Source of the DNA: Flavobacteriaceae bacterium
GTDB lineage: Bacteria > Bacteroidota > Bacteroidia > Flavobacteriales > Flavobacteriaceae
Direction of reading: 5' to 3'
Assembly (NCBI GenBank): GCA_947463515.1
Contig: CANHRI010000002.1
Coordinates: 22,785 to 86,784 of the forward strand
Length of the DNA: 64,000 bases
Part shown: one piece after another, positions 38,811 to 49,941 of the stretch
How the letters are laid out: each line of letters opens with the position of its first letter
Position numbering within the stretch: position 1 is the stretch's first letter
Notes under the pieces: generated by a model
What the model was told of the DNA's origin: nothing
Seen by the model: only the letters and a program-made list of their open reading frames with translations
The model's database searches: none
Translations under genes and position numbers: made by a program

Positions 38811-41800
38811 CTATTTTGAGATTAGTATTTTGGTTTTTATATCATCAAATTCGAGTTCGGTTCCTTCTTCCAATACATCGGTAAAAGTTAGTGAACGGGT
38901 CAGCGTTTCGGAACAGACATAACCTTTATTGTTTTTAATGGCTTGTTCTAGTTCTCCGTCGCGTTGCAAAACAACTTCGATTTTATCGGTAACCTCAAAT
39001 CCTGAATCCTTGCGGAGGTTTTGGATTCGGTTAACCAACTCACGGGCCATTCCTTCTTCTTTCAAGGCGGGGGTCAAGGTAATGTCTAGAGCAACTGTAA
39101 TCCCGTTGGCATTAGCCACCAACCACCCTGGAATGTCTTGCGAGGTAATCTCGACGTCTTCGGTTGTTAAAGTTAAATTTTTTTCTGAAATTTCAATAAC
39201 CAACGACCCTTCAGCATCAAGCATGTTGATTTGGTCTTGGGTGAACGACTGTATTGCTTTGGAAATCAACCCCATATCCTTACCGAAACGGGGGCCGAGC
39301 GCTTTAAAATTGGGTTTAATTTGCTTCACCAAAACCCCAGAAGCATCGTCCAAAAGTTGCACTTCTTTGACATTTACCTCTGATTTAATCAAGTCAGAAA
39401 CCGCTTCAATCTCTGCTTTAAAAGTGGCGTCAAGTACTGGAATCATTACTCTTTGCAGGGGTTGACGAACTTTAATCATCTCTTTCTTACGCAGGGATAA
39501 AACCAACGAAGAAACGGTTTGAGCCTTTAACATTTTACGCTCCAGCGATTTATCAACAAATTTTTCAACAAATTGAGGGAAATTTGCCAAGTGAATGCTA
39601 GTAAATTCGGGGCTTCCCGTTGCATTGACCAAGTCGCGGTACAACTGATCCATAAAGAAAGGAGCTACAGGAGCCGACAATTGAGCAACGGTTTTCAAAC
39701 AAGTGTACAAGGTTTGATACGCAGCGATCTTATCGGTACCGTATTCGCCTTTCCAAAAACGACGACGGCACAAACGTACATACCAGTTACTTAGGTTTTC
39801 TTGAACGAAATCGGAAATCGCACGCGTCGCTTTCGTCGGTTCGTAATCGGCATAGGCTTCATCGACCGTTTGAATTAGTGTATGCAATTCCGAAAGAATC
39901 CAACGATCGATTTCGGGACGCTCGTGTAACGGTACTTCGGCTTCTTGGTTGGTAAATCCATCGATATTGGCATACAACGCAAAGAACGAATAGGTGTTAT
40001 ACAAGGTACCAAAGAACTTACGACGTACTTCAGCCACGCCTTCGATGTCAAATTTCAAGTTGTCCCAAGGATTCGCATTGGAAATCATGTACCAACGCGT
40101 AGCATCGGGACCGTATTCTTTCAACGTTTCAAACGGATCTACGGCATTGCCCAATCGCTTGGACATTTTTTGCCCGTTTTTGTCCAATACCAAGCCGTTG
40201 GATACGACATTTTTGTACGCTATTTTATCAAAAACCAAGGTTCCAATGGCATGTAGGGTATAAAACCAGCCACGGGTTTGGTCGACACCTTCTGCAATGA
40301 AATCGGCAGGGAAAGCTTCGTTATTATCTATGAACGCTTTGTTTTCAAACGGATAGTGCCATTGGGCATAGGGCATCGCACCCGAATCAAACCATACGTC
40401 GATCAAATCGGATTCACGTTTCATCGCTTTCCCAGAGGGCGCCACTAATACGATGTTATCCACGATGTTTTTGTGCAAGTCCACCAAATCATAATTGGCT
40501 TCGTCCATATTACCGATTTCAAAACCGCGGTACGGATTCTCGGACATTACGCCAGCAGCCACCGCTTTTTCAATTTCGTTGTACAACTGTTCCACCGAAC
40601 CGATACAAATTTCTTCGGTTTTGTCTTCGGTACGCCAAATCGGCAACGGAATACCCCAGTAACGCGAACGCGACAAGTTCCAGTCGTTGGCGTTTTTCAA
40701 CCAATTCCCAAAACGTCCTTCTCCAGTCGCTTTGGGCTTCCAGTTGATGGTGTCGTTCAGGTCAAACATGCGGTCTTTGACTTCTGTAATTTTAATAAAC
40801 CACGAATCTAACGGATAATAGAGAATCGGTTTATCGGTGCGCCAACAGTGGGGATAACTGTGTACGTATTTCTCCACTTTAAAGGCTTTATTTTCTTCTT
40901 TTAAACGAATGGCGATTTCCACATCTACCGATTTCTCGGGCGCTTCCCCATCGTTATAATATTCATTCTTCACATATTTGCCCGACAAGTCACCCAAACC
41001 TTGAATAAAACGCCCTTGCAAATCAACTAGTGGCACCGGATTCCCTGCCTCGTCCAACACCAACATTGGTGGAACTTCAGGCGTGGCTTCTTTGGCTACT
41101 TTGGCATCATCAGCACCAAAGGTAGGCGCCGTATGTACGATACCCGTTCCATCTTCTGTGGTCACGAAATCACCCGAAATCACGCGGAACGCATTTTCTG
41201 GCGATTGATACGGTAACACATACGGTAACAATTGTTCATAGCGAATCCCTACCAAATCCGCCCCTTTGGCTTCGGCAATCACGGCATACGGAATCTTCTT
41301 ATCTTCCGTTTTGTAGTTAGCAAAATCGGCTTCGTTTTCGGCTGCCGTATATTTTCCACCAAATACTTTTCCGAGCAAGGGTTTGGCCAAAATCACTTGG
41401 ATGGGTTCGAATGTATATTGGTTAAATGATTTTACCAACACGTAATCGATCTTGGATCCGACTGTCAATGCGGTATTCGAAGGCAACGTCCAAGGTGTGG
41501 TCGTCCATGCCAAGAAATGAATAGCTCCGAAACCTTGTAAGAAGGTTGGTAAGCTATCGGGAACCGCTTTAAATTGGGCCACAATCGTGGTATCGGTCAC
41601 ATCGCGGTAGGTACCAGGTTGGTTCACTTCGTGCGAAGATAAACCTGTTCCTGCCTTGGGAGAATAGGGTTGAATGGTGTACCCTTTGTACAACAAGTCT
41701 TTGTTATAGATTTGTTGCAACAACCACCAAACGGTTTCCATGTATTTGGATTTGTAGGTTACATACGGATCGTTCATATCGACCCAGTAGCCCATTTTTT

Positions 41801-42212
41801 CAGTCAAATCATTCCACACATCGGTGTAGCGCATGACGGTACGTTTACACGCTTCGTTGTATTCGGTTACCGAAATGGTTTTCCCAATATCTTCTTTGGT
41901 GATGCCTAACTCTTTCTCGGTGCCCAATTCAACGGGTAAGCCGTGGGTATCCCAGCCCGCTTTTCGTTTTACTTGGAATCCTTTTTGGGTTTTATACCGG
42001 CAAAAAATATCTTTGATTGCGCGTGCCATCACGTGGTGAATACCCGGCAATCCGTTGGCTGATGGCGGTCCTTCAAAAAACACATAAGGCGTAGCTCCGT
42101 CGCGCGAAGTAACACTTTGTTCAAAAACGTTATTTTCTTTCCAAAACTCCAGCACTTCCTCGGCTACTAGCGGCAAGTCAAGTCCTTTGTATTCAGTAAA
42201 CTTAGTACGCAT
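38811..42212 (-). CDS. ileS: Isoleucine--tRNA ligase, type 2
   Basis: EGPPSANGLPGIHH, GWDTHGLPVE, WTTTPWTLP, DWNLSRSRYWG, KMSKR; long C-terminus without a Zn finger. Confidence 0.97.
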   Translation of the reverse strand: MRTKFTEYKGLDLPLVAEEVLEFWKENNVFEQSVTSRDGATPYVFFEGPPSANGLPGIHHVMARAIKDIFCRYKTQKGFQVKRKAGWDTHGLPVELGTEKELGITKEDIGKTISVTEYNEACKRTVMRYTDVWNDLTEKMGYWVDMNDPYVTYKSKYMETVWWLLQQIYNKDLLYKGYTIQPYSPKAGTGLSSHEVNQPGTYRDVTDTTIVAQFKAVPDSLPTFLQGFGAIHFLAWTTTPWTLPSNTALTVGSKIDYVLVKSFNQYTFEPIQVILAKPLLGKVFGGKYTAAENEADFANYKTEDKKIPYAVIAEAKGADLVGIRYEQLLPYVLPYQSPENAFRVISGDFVTTEDGTGIVHTAPTFGADDAKVAKEATPEVPPMLVLDEAGNPVPLVDLQGRFIQGLGDLSGKYVKNEYYNDGEAPEKSVDVEIAIRLKEENKAFKVEKYVHSYPHCWRTDKPILYYPLDSWFIKITEVKDRMFDLNDTINWKPKATGEGRFGNWLKNANDWNLSRSRYWGIPLPIWRTEDKTEEICIGSVEQLYNEIEKAVAAGVMSENPYRGFEIGNMDEANYDLVDLHKNIVDNIVLVAPSGKAMKRESDLIDVWFDSGAMPYAQWHYPFENKAFIDNNEAFPADFIAEGVDQTRGWFYTLHAIGTLVFDKIAYKNVVSNGLVLDKNGQKMSKRLGNAVDPFETLKEYGPDATRWYMISNANPWDNLKFDIEGVAEVRRKFFGTLYNTYSFFALYANIDGFTNQEAEVPLHERPEIDRWILSELHTLIQTVDEAYADYEPTKATRAISDFVQENLSNWYVRLCRRRFWKGEYGTDKIAAYQTLYTCLKTVAQLSAPVAPFFMDQLYRDLVNATGSPEFTSIHLANFPQFVEKFVDKSLERKMLKAQTVSSLVLSLRKKEMIKVRQPLQRVMIPVLDATFKAEIEAVSDLIKSEVNVKEVQLLDDASGVLVKQIKPNFKALGPRFGKDMGLISKAIQSFTQDQINMLDAEGSLVIEISEKNLTLTTEDVEITSQDIPGWLVANANGITVALDITLTPALKEEGMARELVNRIQNLRKDSGFEVTDKIEVVLQRDGELEQAIKNNKGYVCSETLTRSLTFTDVLEEGTELEFDDIKTKILISK

Positions 42213-42387
42213 TTTGTGGTTTTCTTAAATCAGTTTGCGAAAGTAATGAAATTTGGCATATAAGTAGATAAAATTGATGCAAGGGTACTGATTTTTAGGA
42301 ATAATTTAGATAGCGTTTGCTGGAAATGCAAAGTTGCTAAGGCTGCTTACGGATAGAGTAACAAAATCAGGTTGATTAATAGTTAGT

Positions 42388-42464
42388 TAGTGACTAGTGA
42401 CTAGTGATTAGTGATTAGTGACTAGTGACTAGTGATTAGTAACTAGTGAGTAGTGAGTAGTGAC
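42388..42464. repeat. 11x heptamer TAGTGAY array (solo arm)
   Basis: TAGTGAC x2, TAGTGAT x2, TAGTGAC x2, TAGTGAT, TAGTAAC, TAGTGAG x2, TAGTGAC. Confidence 0.95.
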
Positions 42465-42469
42465 TCCCC

Positions 42470-43183
42470 CTAAGCAAACACCTCCCTAAGTACCTCCAAC
42501 GACTTTGGTTTTTTGAAAGCATCGAGGTGGATGGCATAAAAATCCAAAAGAATTTTGAGTAAAATTGCACGTTCGGTGCTGGTGAACACTTTTCCAGGAT
42601 TTTCGATTTTTTGTTCCATGAGTTTACGCCAAAGTACCGTCTCGTGTGCATTCAAGCAGCTGACTCCTTGAAAAGGCACAAATATGCCTTCAATCATTTC
42701 AAAAAACGGATCGGTAGTATTGTCTTGTTCTGGATAAAATCCGAGGTATTTGGTGACTTCGAGTAATAAAATCAAATGAAAATTGGCAATATCATCGTGG
42801 GCATCCAACCATAATAAAGCGGATTCTAGTAGGGCAAACAGTTGGCTATTTTTCTCTTCCTCCCGAATGCTGTGGTGCAATATTTCGGAGAGAAAAATTA
42901 CGATGGTGCTTTTCACAATATGACTCGGGATGGACTGGTACGGCACCGCCAAGCGAATTTCCTTAAAATGCTCCAACGTCCCTTTGTTCTTGTGATTGGC
43001 TTCAATTTCGAGCAGCGTCAACGGCTGAAAATAAGCCATTTTTGAGGCGCTCTTTTTTCCAGAAAACGCATTCGGCACAAAATACGATTTGAGGCCGTCG
43101 CTTTGGGTATAGCACTTTACAATCAAGCTTTTCTCTTGATATTTTAAGGTCGACAAAACGATAGCTTTGGTTTTTACGAGCAT
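42470..43183 (-). CDS. recO: DNA repair protein RecO
   Basis: TKAIVL..LKYQEKSLIVKCYT, FQPLTLLE, YLGFYP. Confidence 0.92.
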   Translation of the reverse strand: MLVKTKAIVLSTLKYQEKSLIVKCYTQSDGLKSYFVPNAFSGKKSASKMAYFQPLTLLEIEANHKNKGTLEHFKEIRLAVPYQSIPSHIVKSTIVIFLSEILHHSIREEEKNSQLFALLESALLWLDAHDDIANFHLILLLEVTKYLGFYPEQDNTTDPFFEMIEGIFVPFQGVSCLNAHETVLWRKLMEQKIENPGKVFTSTERAILLKILLDFYAIHLDAFKKPKSLEVLREVFA

Positions 43184-43261
43184 GGTTTAATTTTTCCCTT
43201 TTTTATGACAACAAGGTTGAAAAAAATTACACAATATGAAAACACAACTTTCATGGTAAGA

Positions 43262-45589
43262 CTATCGAATAATCATGACCTTACGAACGGTAGTTTCAAT
43301 TCCGTCTTGGGCAGAAATGAAAATCATATAGACTCCTGAGGCCACTCGGTATTTTCCAAAAGCGGTCGTATCCCATTCAATGGTGCCCCCCGCTGCGGTT
43401 GTTTCAAAAACCAAATTTCCTTCGATATCGGTAATTTTGATCACAGCTTTATCGGTCAAACCCGCAATTTTTACCGTGCCCGCATATTCAGGACGAACGG
43501 GATTCGGATACACAAATACGCTAGCCAAATCATCGCTGGGTGCGGTAGCATTGGCTTTGAAAGAAACCAATCCTTTTTCGGTGGCAAAAAAGACCTCACC
43601 GGTTGTACCGTCAATTTCAATATCATTAACCGTATTGCTGGGTAAAGGGGAATTTTCTTTGGTAAACTGATAAATCGTTTCTTGTCCGTTGGGAGACACC
43701 AAAAACACCCCAGAATCGGCGAGGGAAACCCATTTGCGATTAGCACCATCGACACAAATATCCAACACCACTTGCTCAAAAAAGAGTTCTTGCGCTAGGG
43801 TTTGACCGTTGATGACTTCATTAATAATAATGGGACGCGATTGCAAGGACTCGGCAGTGATAAATGCATCGGCTGAGGATAACGTTCGCAGTCCCCGTGC
43901 CGTACCAATCCACACTTGATTTCGGTTGTCAATGGCGACACAACGCACATCCAAACTGGGTAGGTTGCCTTCGGTTCCGGTTTTGACAAATAAAAATTTA
44001 TTGCTGTAATTTTCGTTAAATGCAACCAACCCATTGGCCCGGTACGTGGGAATCCATTTGGTGTTGTTTTTATCAATGGCCATTTGTCCGTAACGCTCAA
44101 AAAAGGGTTCGGTGAAAATATTGGTCAAATCATACGATTGCCACTGTCCTGTTTTTCGAAACACTTTCAATCCCTTATCGACATAGGCATTGGTTAACCA
44201 TAAATCACCACGGGAATCGTAGGCCAATCCATTGATACGAATGTCAACATAGGAAGGATCGGGCGGGGTTAATTGTAGCGATTCCAACCCGTTCGCACCC
44301 GTGTTGGTTTGGTTAAATAACGTGGTCGGAACCAGATCTTCCAATTTTAAAATCCCCGAGAAATAAGAACTTACAAAAATTTCATTAGCGTTGGAAGGGT
44401 TAACCACTAGGCTCGTCAAACTTCGGGCATTTAGCACATCGGTGGTTGGTATTTTGCTCCATCCTTGTTCTTTGTCAAAATAATTGATGGGAAAAAGGTA
44501 GGGTTGAAACGGCGGATTGGGGTTATACGGATCGTAGGTAAAACTGAATCGGCCGTAGGTAACGAACAACTTATCTTCGGTCTTTTTCAATCGAAAAGGT
44601 TGGTTTAAGTCGGGACCATCGGGTTTCAGTGTTGTGACATTACTAGGAGCGCTTATGGGAAACTGTAGCAAGCCTACTTCATTAGTTGCGATATAAACCG
44701 TTTCATTGGCCACGGTAGCTCCATTGAAAGTGACGGATTGAGACGTATAATTGGACGTGTTGTAATTAACCAAAACCACGCCAGCCGCATTGACTACCAT
44801 CACTTTTTGAGCGGTAGTCACTACGATATAATCGGCGGTGGTTCGAAAATCAATGGGCGGTTGTCCCACAGAAAACAACAAGGTATACGACGTCCCATTC
44901 CAGCGGTAGACGTTTCCATCGGCATTGAAGAAAACGGATTGATTTTGAAACGCTTGTGCACCATACCAAAAGCCACTGTCGTGCAAGACCCATTGGGAAA
45001 AGTCGATCAAAAACGGATTGGTTACTGCTGCTTTTTTGATACGGAAGTTCCCCATTACAGCATAGATCGAATTGTTATATACCGTAGTTTGAATAACCCG
45101 TGTTTGGGCCCCACCATCCCCAATGTAATAGGTGTCACTGAATTCTTGTTGGTTCAAATTGAAGACCGAAATCCCATAATCGGTAGAAAGATAGACCTTG
45201 CCATCGAACTCCGAAAAATGATTGATACGCTTTTGGCCGGCGGGCACGGGTACTTCGGTAAGGATGCCGTTTTTGAAAGCTACGGTTCCATCGGCTTGTA
45301 TAACCAATAATAAGCCATTGCTGTTACCCACTAAAAGTACTTGAAAAGCCTCGCTGTAATGAATGGCCGTTATGTTTTCTGCTTTTAAGCCATTGACACT
45401 CGTAATGGTTTCTAAGAATCCGTCGGGTTTTTGAAAAAAAAGTGCGTTCTCGGAGGCGGCATACACGGTAGACCCGCGCTGGGTTAAAGCCCCCAATTGG
45501 TTAAACGAAAAATACCCCTGCCACAAGCGGTTGGTTTGCGCTCCAACACATTGAACGAGGAACAGGAATATCAGTACGTATTTTTTCAT
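43262..45589 (-). CDS. porZ: Type IX secretion system anionic LPS delivery protein PorZ
   Basis: Two beta-propeller regions and a T9SS CTD (VYPNPVR, IKITDIEGNLV, GVYMIFI, KVMIIR); linked to recO as usual. Confidence 0.85.
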   Translation of the reverse strand: MKKYVLIFLFLVQCVGAQTNRLWQGYFSFNQLGALTQRGSTVYAASENALFFQKPDGFLETITSVNGLKAENITAIHYSEAFQVLLVGNSNGLLLVIQADGTVAFKNGILTEVPVPAGQKRINHFSEFDGKVYLSTDYGISVFNLNQQEFSDTYYIGDGGAQTRVIQTTVYNNSIYAVMGNFRIKKAAVTNPFLIDFSQWVLHDSGFWYGAQAFQNQSVFFNADGNVYRWNGTSYTLLFSVGQPPIDFRTTADYIVVTTAQKVMVVNAAGVVLVNYNTSNYTSQSVTFNGATVANETVYIATNEVGLLQFPISAPSNVTTLKPDGPDLNQPFRLKKTEDKLFVTYGRFSFTYDPYNPNPPFQPYLFPINYFDKEQGWSKIPTTDVLNARSLTSLVVNPSNANEIFVSSYFSGILKLEDLVPTTLFNQTNTGANGLESLQLTPPDPSYVDIRINGLAYDSRGDLWLTNAYVDKGLKVFRKTGQWQSYDLTNIFTEPFFERYGQMAIDKNNTKWIPTYRANGLVAFNENYSNKFLFVKTGTEGNLPSLDVRCVAIDNRNQVWIGTARGLRTLSSADAFITAESLQSRPIIINEVINGQTLAQELFFEQVVLDICVDGANRKWVSLADSGVFLVSPNGQETIYQFTKENSPLPSNTVNDIEIDGTTGEVFFATEKGLVSFKANATAPSDDLASVFVYPNPVRPEYAGTVKIAGLTDKAVIKITDIEGNLVFETTAAGGTIEWDTTAFGKYRVASGVYMIFISAQDGIETTVRKVMIIR

Positions 45590-45702
45590 AGCGAAAGGAT
45601 AGTAGTATCGTAACGCAATATTACGTAAAATCATATCGAAAGCATAAAAAAACCTCCTCTCAAAACGAGAGAAGGTTTGATATAAGGTATTGTTCTCAAA
45701 GA

Positions 45703-47079
<1,377 letters not shown>

Positions 47080-47301
47080 TTATAATTTCGACAAATATAC
47101 ATTTTATAAAAATATGGGGTTCATTTTTTTTAAATCCGCATAATTTTTATTTAAACGTTAAGATATCTTGAAGAAGATTGTGGTTTTGAAGCCATTTTAA
47201 AACATTTTATGCTTTTTTTCGTAGATAAAGAAGTATTTTTTTAATTTGTTTTCCAAGTGAATGATGTTTTTATATATTTGTCGGGAATTGAAAAAACTCG
47301 T

Positions 47302-48096
47302 ATGCGGACGTCTAAGTATTTTATTTTGACCTTATTGCTTTTGCTGGGATTAACCCACCGTACGGCAGCGCAATTTGGGTTTTCCCACGAAATCGGGGGT
47401 ATTTTTGGTCCGGTGGCCTTTCAATCCGATTATGGGGAGCGTAATGATTTTTCAACCAATGCTGGAAATACAGGATTTGGAATAGGATTGATTCATTACC
47501 TTAACTTTTCGTATCGTGCGGAGTGTAACTGTTACACCCCTGAGACGTATTTCAATGACCACTTCAAATTACGAACGGAACTTTCCTATAATAAAACCAA
47601 CTTACAGCATTTTGGCCAATGGGTAGACGCTAAGAAAAACTCTTTAATTGCGCAACAATTACGTGCCATGCGAGGAAGTACTGCGGTCACCAACATTGGG
47701 ATGCAGTTAGAATTTTATCCGTTTAGTATTCGTGATTTTACAGCGACAACTGGAGCTTGGGCTCCGTTCTTAGGATTTGGAGCGCAATTCTCGTTTTTCA
47801 AACCCACCGCCTATTCTGAATTGGGACCTGGTCTTGGAGAATTACCAACCGTAACACCTATCAAGTATTTGGAAGCATTTGACACCCGTGGAGGCACAAC
47901 ATGGTCTTTGGTATCCAGTATCGGAACCCGATATAAGTTAACGGAACTATCCGATTTAATGCTAGAATTACGTTGGCAATATTACTTCTCCAACTGGGTA
48001 GATGGTTTAAGTCCAGATCCACGCGTTTTCACAGAAAACCGTGCAAACGACTGGAACTTGATATTAAACTTTGGTTATATTTATTACTTACAATAG
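47302..48096 (+). CDS. THC0290_0291-like outer membrane beta-barrel protein
   Basis: Signal peptide, FQSDYGER, NWVDGL, ENRANDW, terminal YIYYL; promoter TATATTTG at 47273-47280 supports ATG 47302. Confidence 0.7.
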   Translation: MRTSKYFILTLLLLLGLTHRTAAQFGFSHEIGGIFGPVAFQSDYGERNDFSTNAGNTGFGIGLIHYLNFSYRAECNCYTPETYFNDHFKLRTELSYNKTNLQHFGQWVDAKKNSLIAQQLRAMRGSTAVTNIGMQLEFYPFSIRDFTATTGAWAPFLGFGAQFSFFKPTAYSELGPGLGELPTVTPIKYLEAFDTRGGTTWSLVSSIGTRYKLTELSDLMLELRWQYYFSNWVDGLSPDPRVFTENRANDWNLILNFGYIYYLQ

Positions 48097-48113
48097 GATT
48101 TATTAATTTCCAA

Positions 48114-48150
48114 AAAATAAAGCTCCAAGTACATTTGGAGCTTTATTTTT
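48114..48150. terminator. Bidirectional terminator between convergent genes
   Basis: AAAATAAAGCTCCAA-gtacat-TTGGAGCTTTATTTTTT. Confidence 0.85.
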
Positions 48151-48171
48151 TATACCTTTTATAAAAATAGC

Positions 48172-49314
48172 CTATCGAAACGCTTGTTCTAAATCGGCTA
48201 GCAAATCATCAATATCTTCGACGCCCACGCTTAAACGAACTAAGTCGTCAGAGATTCCTCCTGCTTTTCGTACATCTTCGGGAATCGAGGCATGAGTCAT
48301 CAACGCTGGGTGATTGGCTAACGATTCTACACCGCCTAATGATTCTGCCAACGTAAACACTTTTACTTTCTCCAAGAATGCAATAGCATCTTCTCCTTTT
48401 CCAGATTTAAACGTAAAGGATACCATTCCTCCGAAATCGCGCATTTGTTTTTTGGCAATCGCATGAAAAGGATGATCGGGCAATCCCGGGTAAAACACTT
48501 TATCTACAGCAGGATGATTGCTTAAGAACTCTGCTACTTTATGGCCATTTTCGCAATGCCGTTGTACACGTAAATGCAAGGTTTTGATGCCGCGCAACAC
48601 GAGATAACTATCCATGGGCCCTAGGGTTCCTCCCGTAGCAAATTGCTTAAAGTGCAATTCATCCCCGAGCGCTTTGTCTTTAATGACCAAAGCCCCTGCA
48701 ATTACATCGCTGTGACCCCCTAAGTATTTGGTCGCGGAATGCATTACGATATCGGCTCCAAGGTCTAGAGGTTTTTGCAAATACGGGGTGGCGAATGTAT
48801 TGTCGACAGCAAATAAGATGTTGTGCTTCTTGGTGATTTCGGCAATAGCAGCAATGTCGGCCAATTTCATCAAGGGATTGGTGGGTGTTTCTACCCAAAC
48901 CAATTTGGTGTTTTCATTGATCAATGCCTGAAAAGCCTCCAGATTGTTCATATCGACAAAATGAAACTTGAGGCCGCTGTCTTTATACAAACGGGTAAAC
49001 AAACGGTATGTACCGCCATACAAATCGTCCATGGCGATGATTTCATCTCCGGCTTTAAACAAACGCAACAAGCAATCGGTTGCTGCCAAACCTGAGGCAA
49101 AGGCTAACCCACGTGCGCCATTCTCGATCGACGCTAAGGCATCCTCCAAGGCTTGACGGGTAGGATTGGCCGCACGACTATATTCGTAGTCGCCTACAGG
49201 TTTTCCGGGACTCGCTTGCGCATACGTTGAAGTTTGAAACACCGGAGGCATTACAGCTCCAGTAACGGGTTCGTGGTGTTGTCCACCGTGAATTACTTTG
49301 GTATTAAATTTCAT
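48172..49314 (-). CDS. Cystathionine gamma-synthase/gamma-lyase family PLP enzyme
   Basis: YSRAANPT, FASGLAA, ETPTNP, DNTFATP, HSATKYLGGHSD, AESLGGVESL. Confidence 0.93.
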   Translation of the reverse strand: MKFNTKVIHGGQHHEPVTGAVMPPVFQTSTYAQASPGKPVGDYEYSRAANPTRQALEDALASIENGARGLAFASGLAATDCLLRLFKAGDEIIAMDDLYGGTYRLFTRLYKDSGLKFHFVDMNNLEAFQALINENTKLVWVETPTNPLMKLADIAAIAEITKKHNILFAVDNTFATPYLQKPLDLGADIVMHSATKYLGGHSDVIAGALVIKDKALGDELHFKQFATGGTLGPMDSYLVLRGIKTLHLRVQRHCENGHKVAEFLSNHPAVDKVFYPGLPDHPFHAIAKKQMRDFGGMVSFTFKSGKGEDAIAFLEKVKVFTLAESLGGVESLANHPALMTHASIPEDVRKAGGISDDLVRLSVGVEDIDDLLADLEQAFR

Positions 49315-49353
49315 AAGGTAAAATCTAAATGTGTGGGCAAAGGTAGGGAATTT

Positions 49354-49437
49354 GGTTGATGGTTGATGGTTGATGGTTGATGGTTGATTGTTGATGGTTG
49401 ATGGTTGATTGTTGATGGTTGATGGTTGTCGGTTGAT
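49354..49437. repeat. 12x heptamer GGTTGAT array (left arm)
   Basis: Counted directly; variants TGTTGAT x2 and GGTTGTC. Confidence 0.95.
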
Positions 49438-49439
49438 AA

Positions 49440-49551
49440 AGCTGATGACTGATCACTGCCCACTGCCCACTGATCACTGATGACTGATCACTGATGACTG
49501 ATGACCGATTACTGATTACTGATTACTGCCCACTGATCACTGCTTACTGAA
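49440..49551. repeat. About 16x heptamer nACTGAT/CACTGCC array (right arm)
   Basis: GACTGAT, CACTGCC, CACTGAT and TACTGAT units in 7-bp register. Confidence 0.93.
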
Positions 49552-49590
49552 TTCTCCCCCAGAATCCCTACTTTTGCCAAAACCTTTCTC

Positions 49591-49941
49591 ATGCGAAAAA
49601 TATACTACCTCAAGACGTGTGATACCTGCAAACGGATCTTGAAATCACTCCCGAATACGGAAGGATTTGTGTTTCAGGACATCAAAGAGGCACCGCTAAC
49701 GGTTGCACAACTCGATGAAATTCACGCACTGACGGGATCCTATGAACTGTTGTTTAGCAAGCGCGCGAAGTTGTATAAAGAACGCAATATGAAAGACGAT
49801 GTTTTAACCGAAGTCGATTACAAGCGCTTTATTTTGGAACATTATACCTTTTTGAACCGTCCGGTGATTGTGGTAGAGAATCAAGTTTTTGTAGGCAACA
49901 GTCCGAAAGTTGTGGCACAAGCCATAGCCGCCTTATCATGA
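49591..49941 (+). CDS. ArsC/Spx-like arsenate reductase family protein
   Basis: CDTC motif, FLNRPVI; promoter TACTTTTG at 49569-49576. Confidence 0.87.
   Translation: MRKIYYLKTCDTCKRILKSLPNTEGFVFQDIKEAPLTVAQLDEIHALTGSYELLFSKRAKLYKERNMKDDVLTEVDYKRFILEHYTFLNRPVIVVENQVFVGNSPKVVAQAIAALS

Noticed and set aside
42213-42387. T-box or attenuator upstream of ileS
   Set aside because: No T-box sequence, specifier stem or terminator; the leader appears short.
49315-49345. SAM riboswitch upstream of the cystathionine enzyme
   Set aside because: The -7 box is only about 24 nt from the ATG, leaving no room.
49354-49551. Heptamer arrays as sequencing or assembly artefacts
   Set aside because: Units vary in a structured way, keep 7-bp register, and form a matched inverted pair around a gene elsewhere in the window. 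Read support could not be checked.
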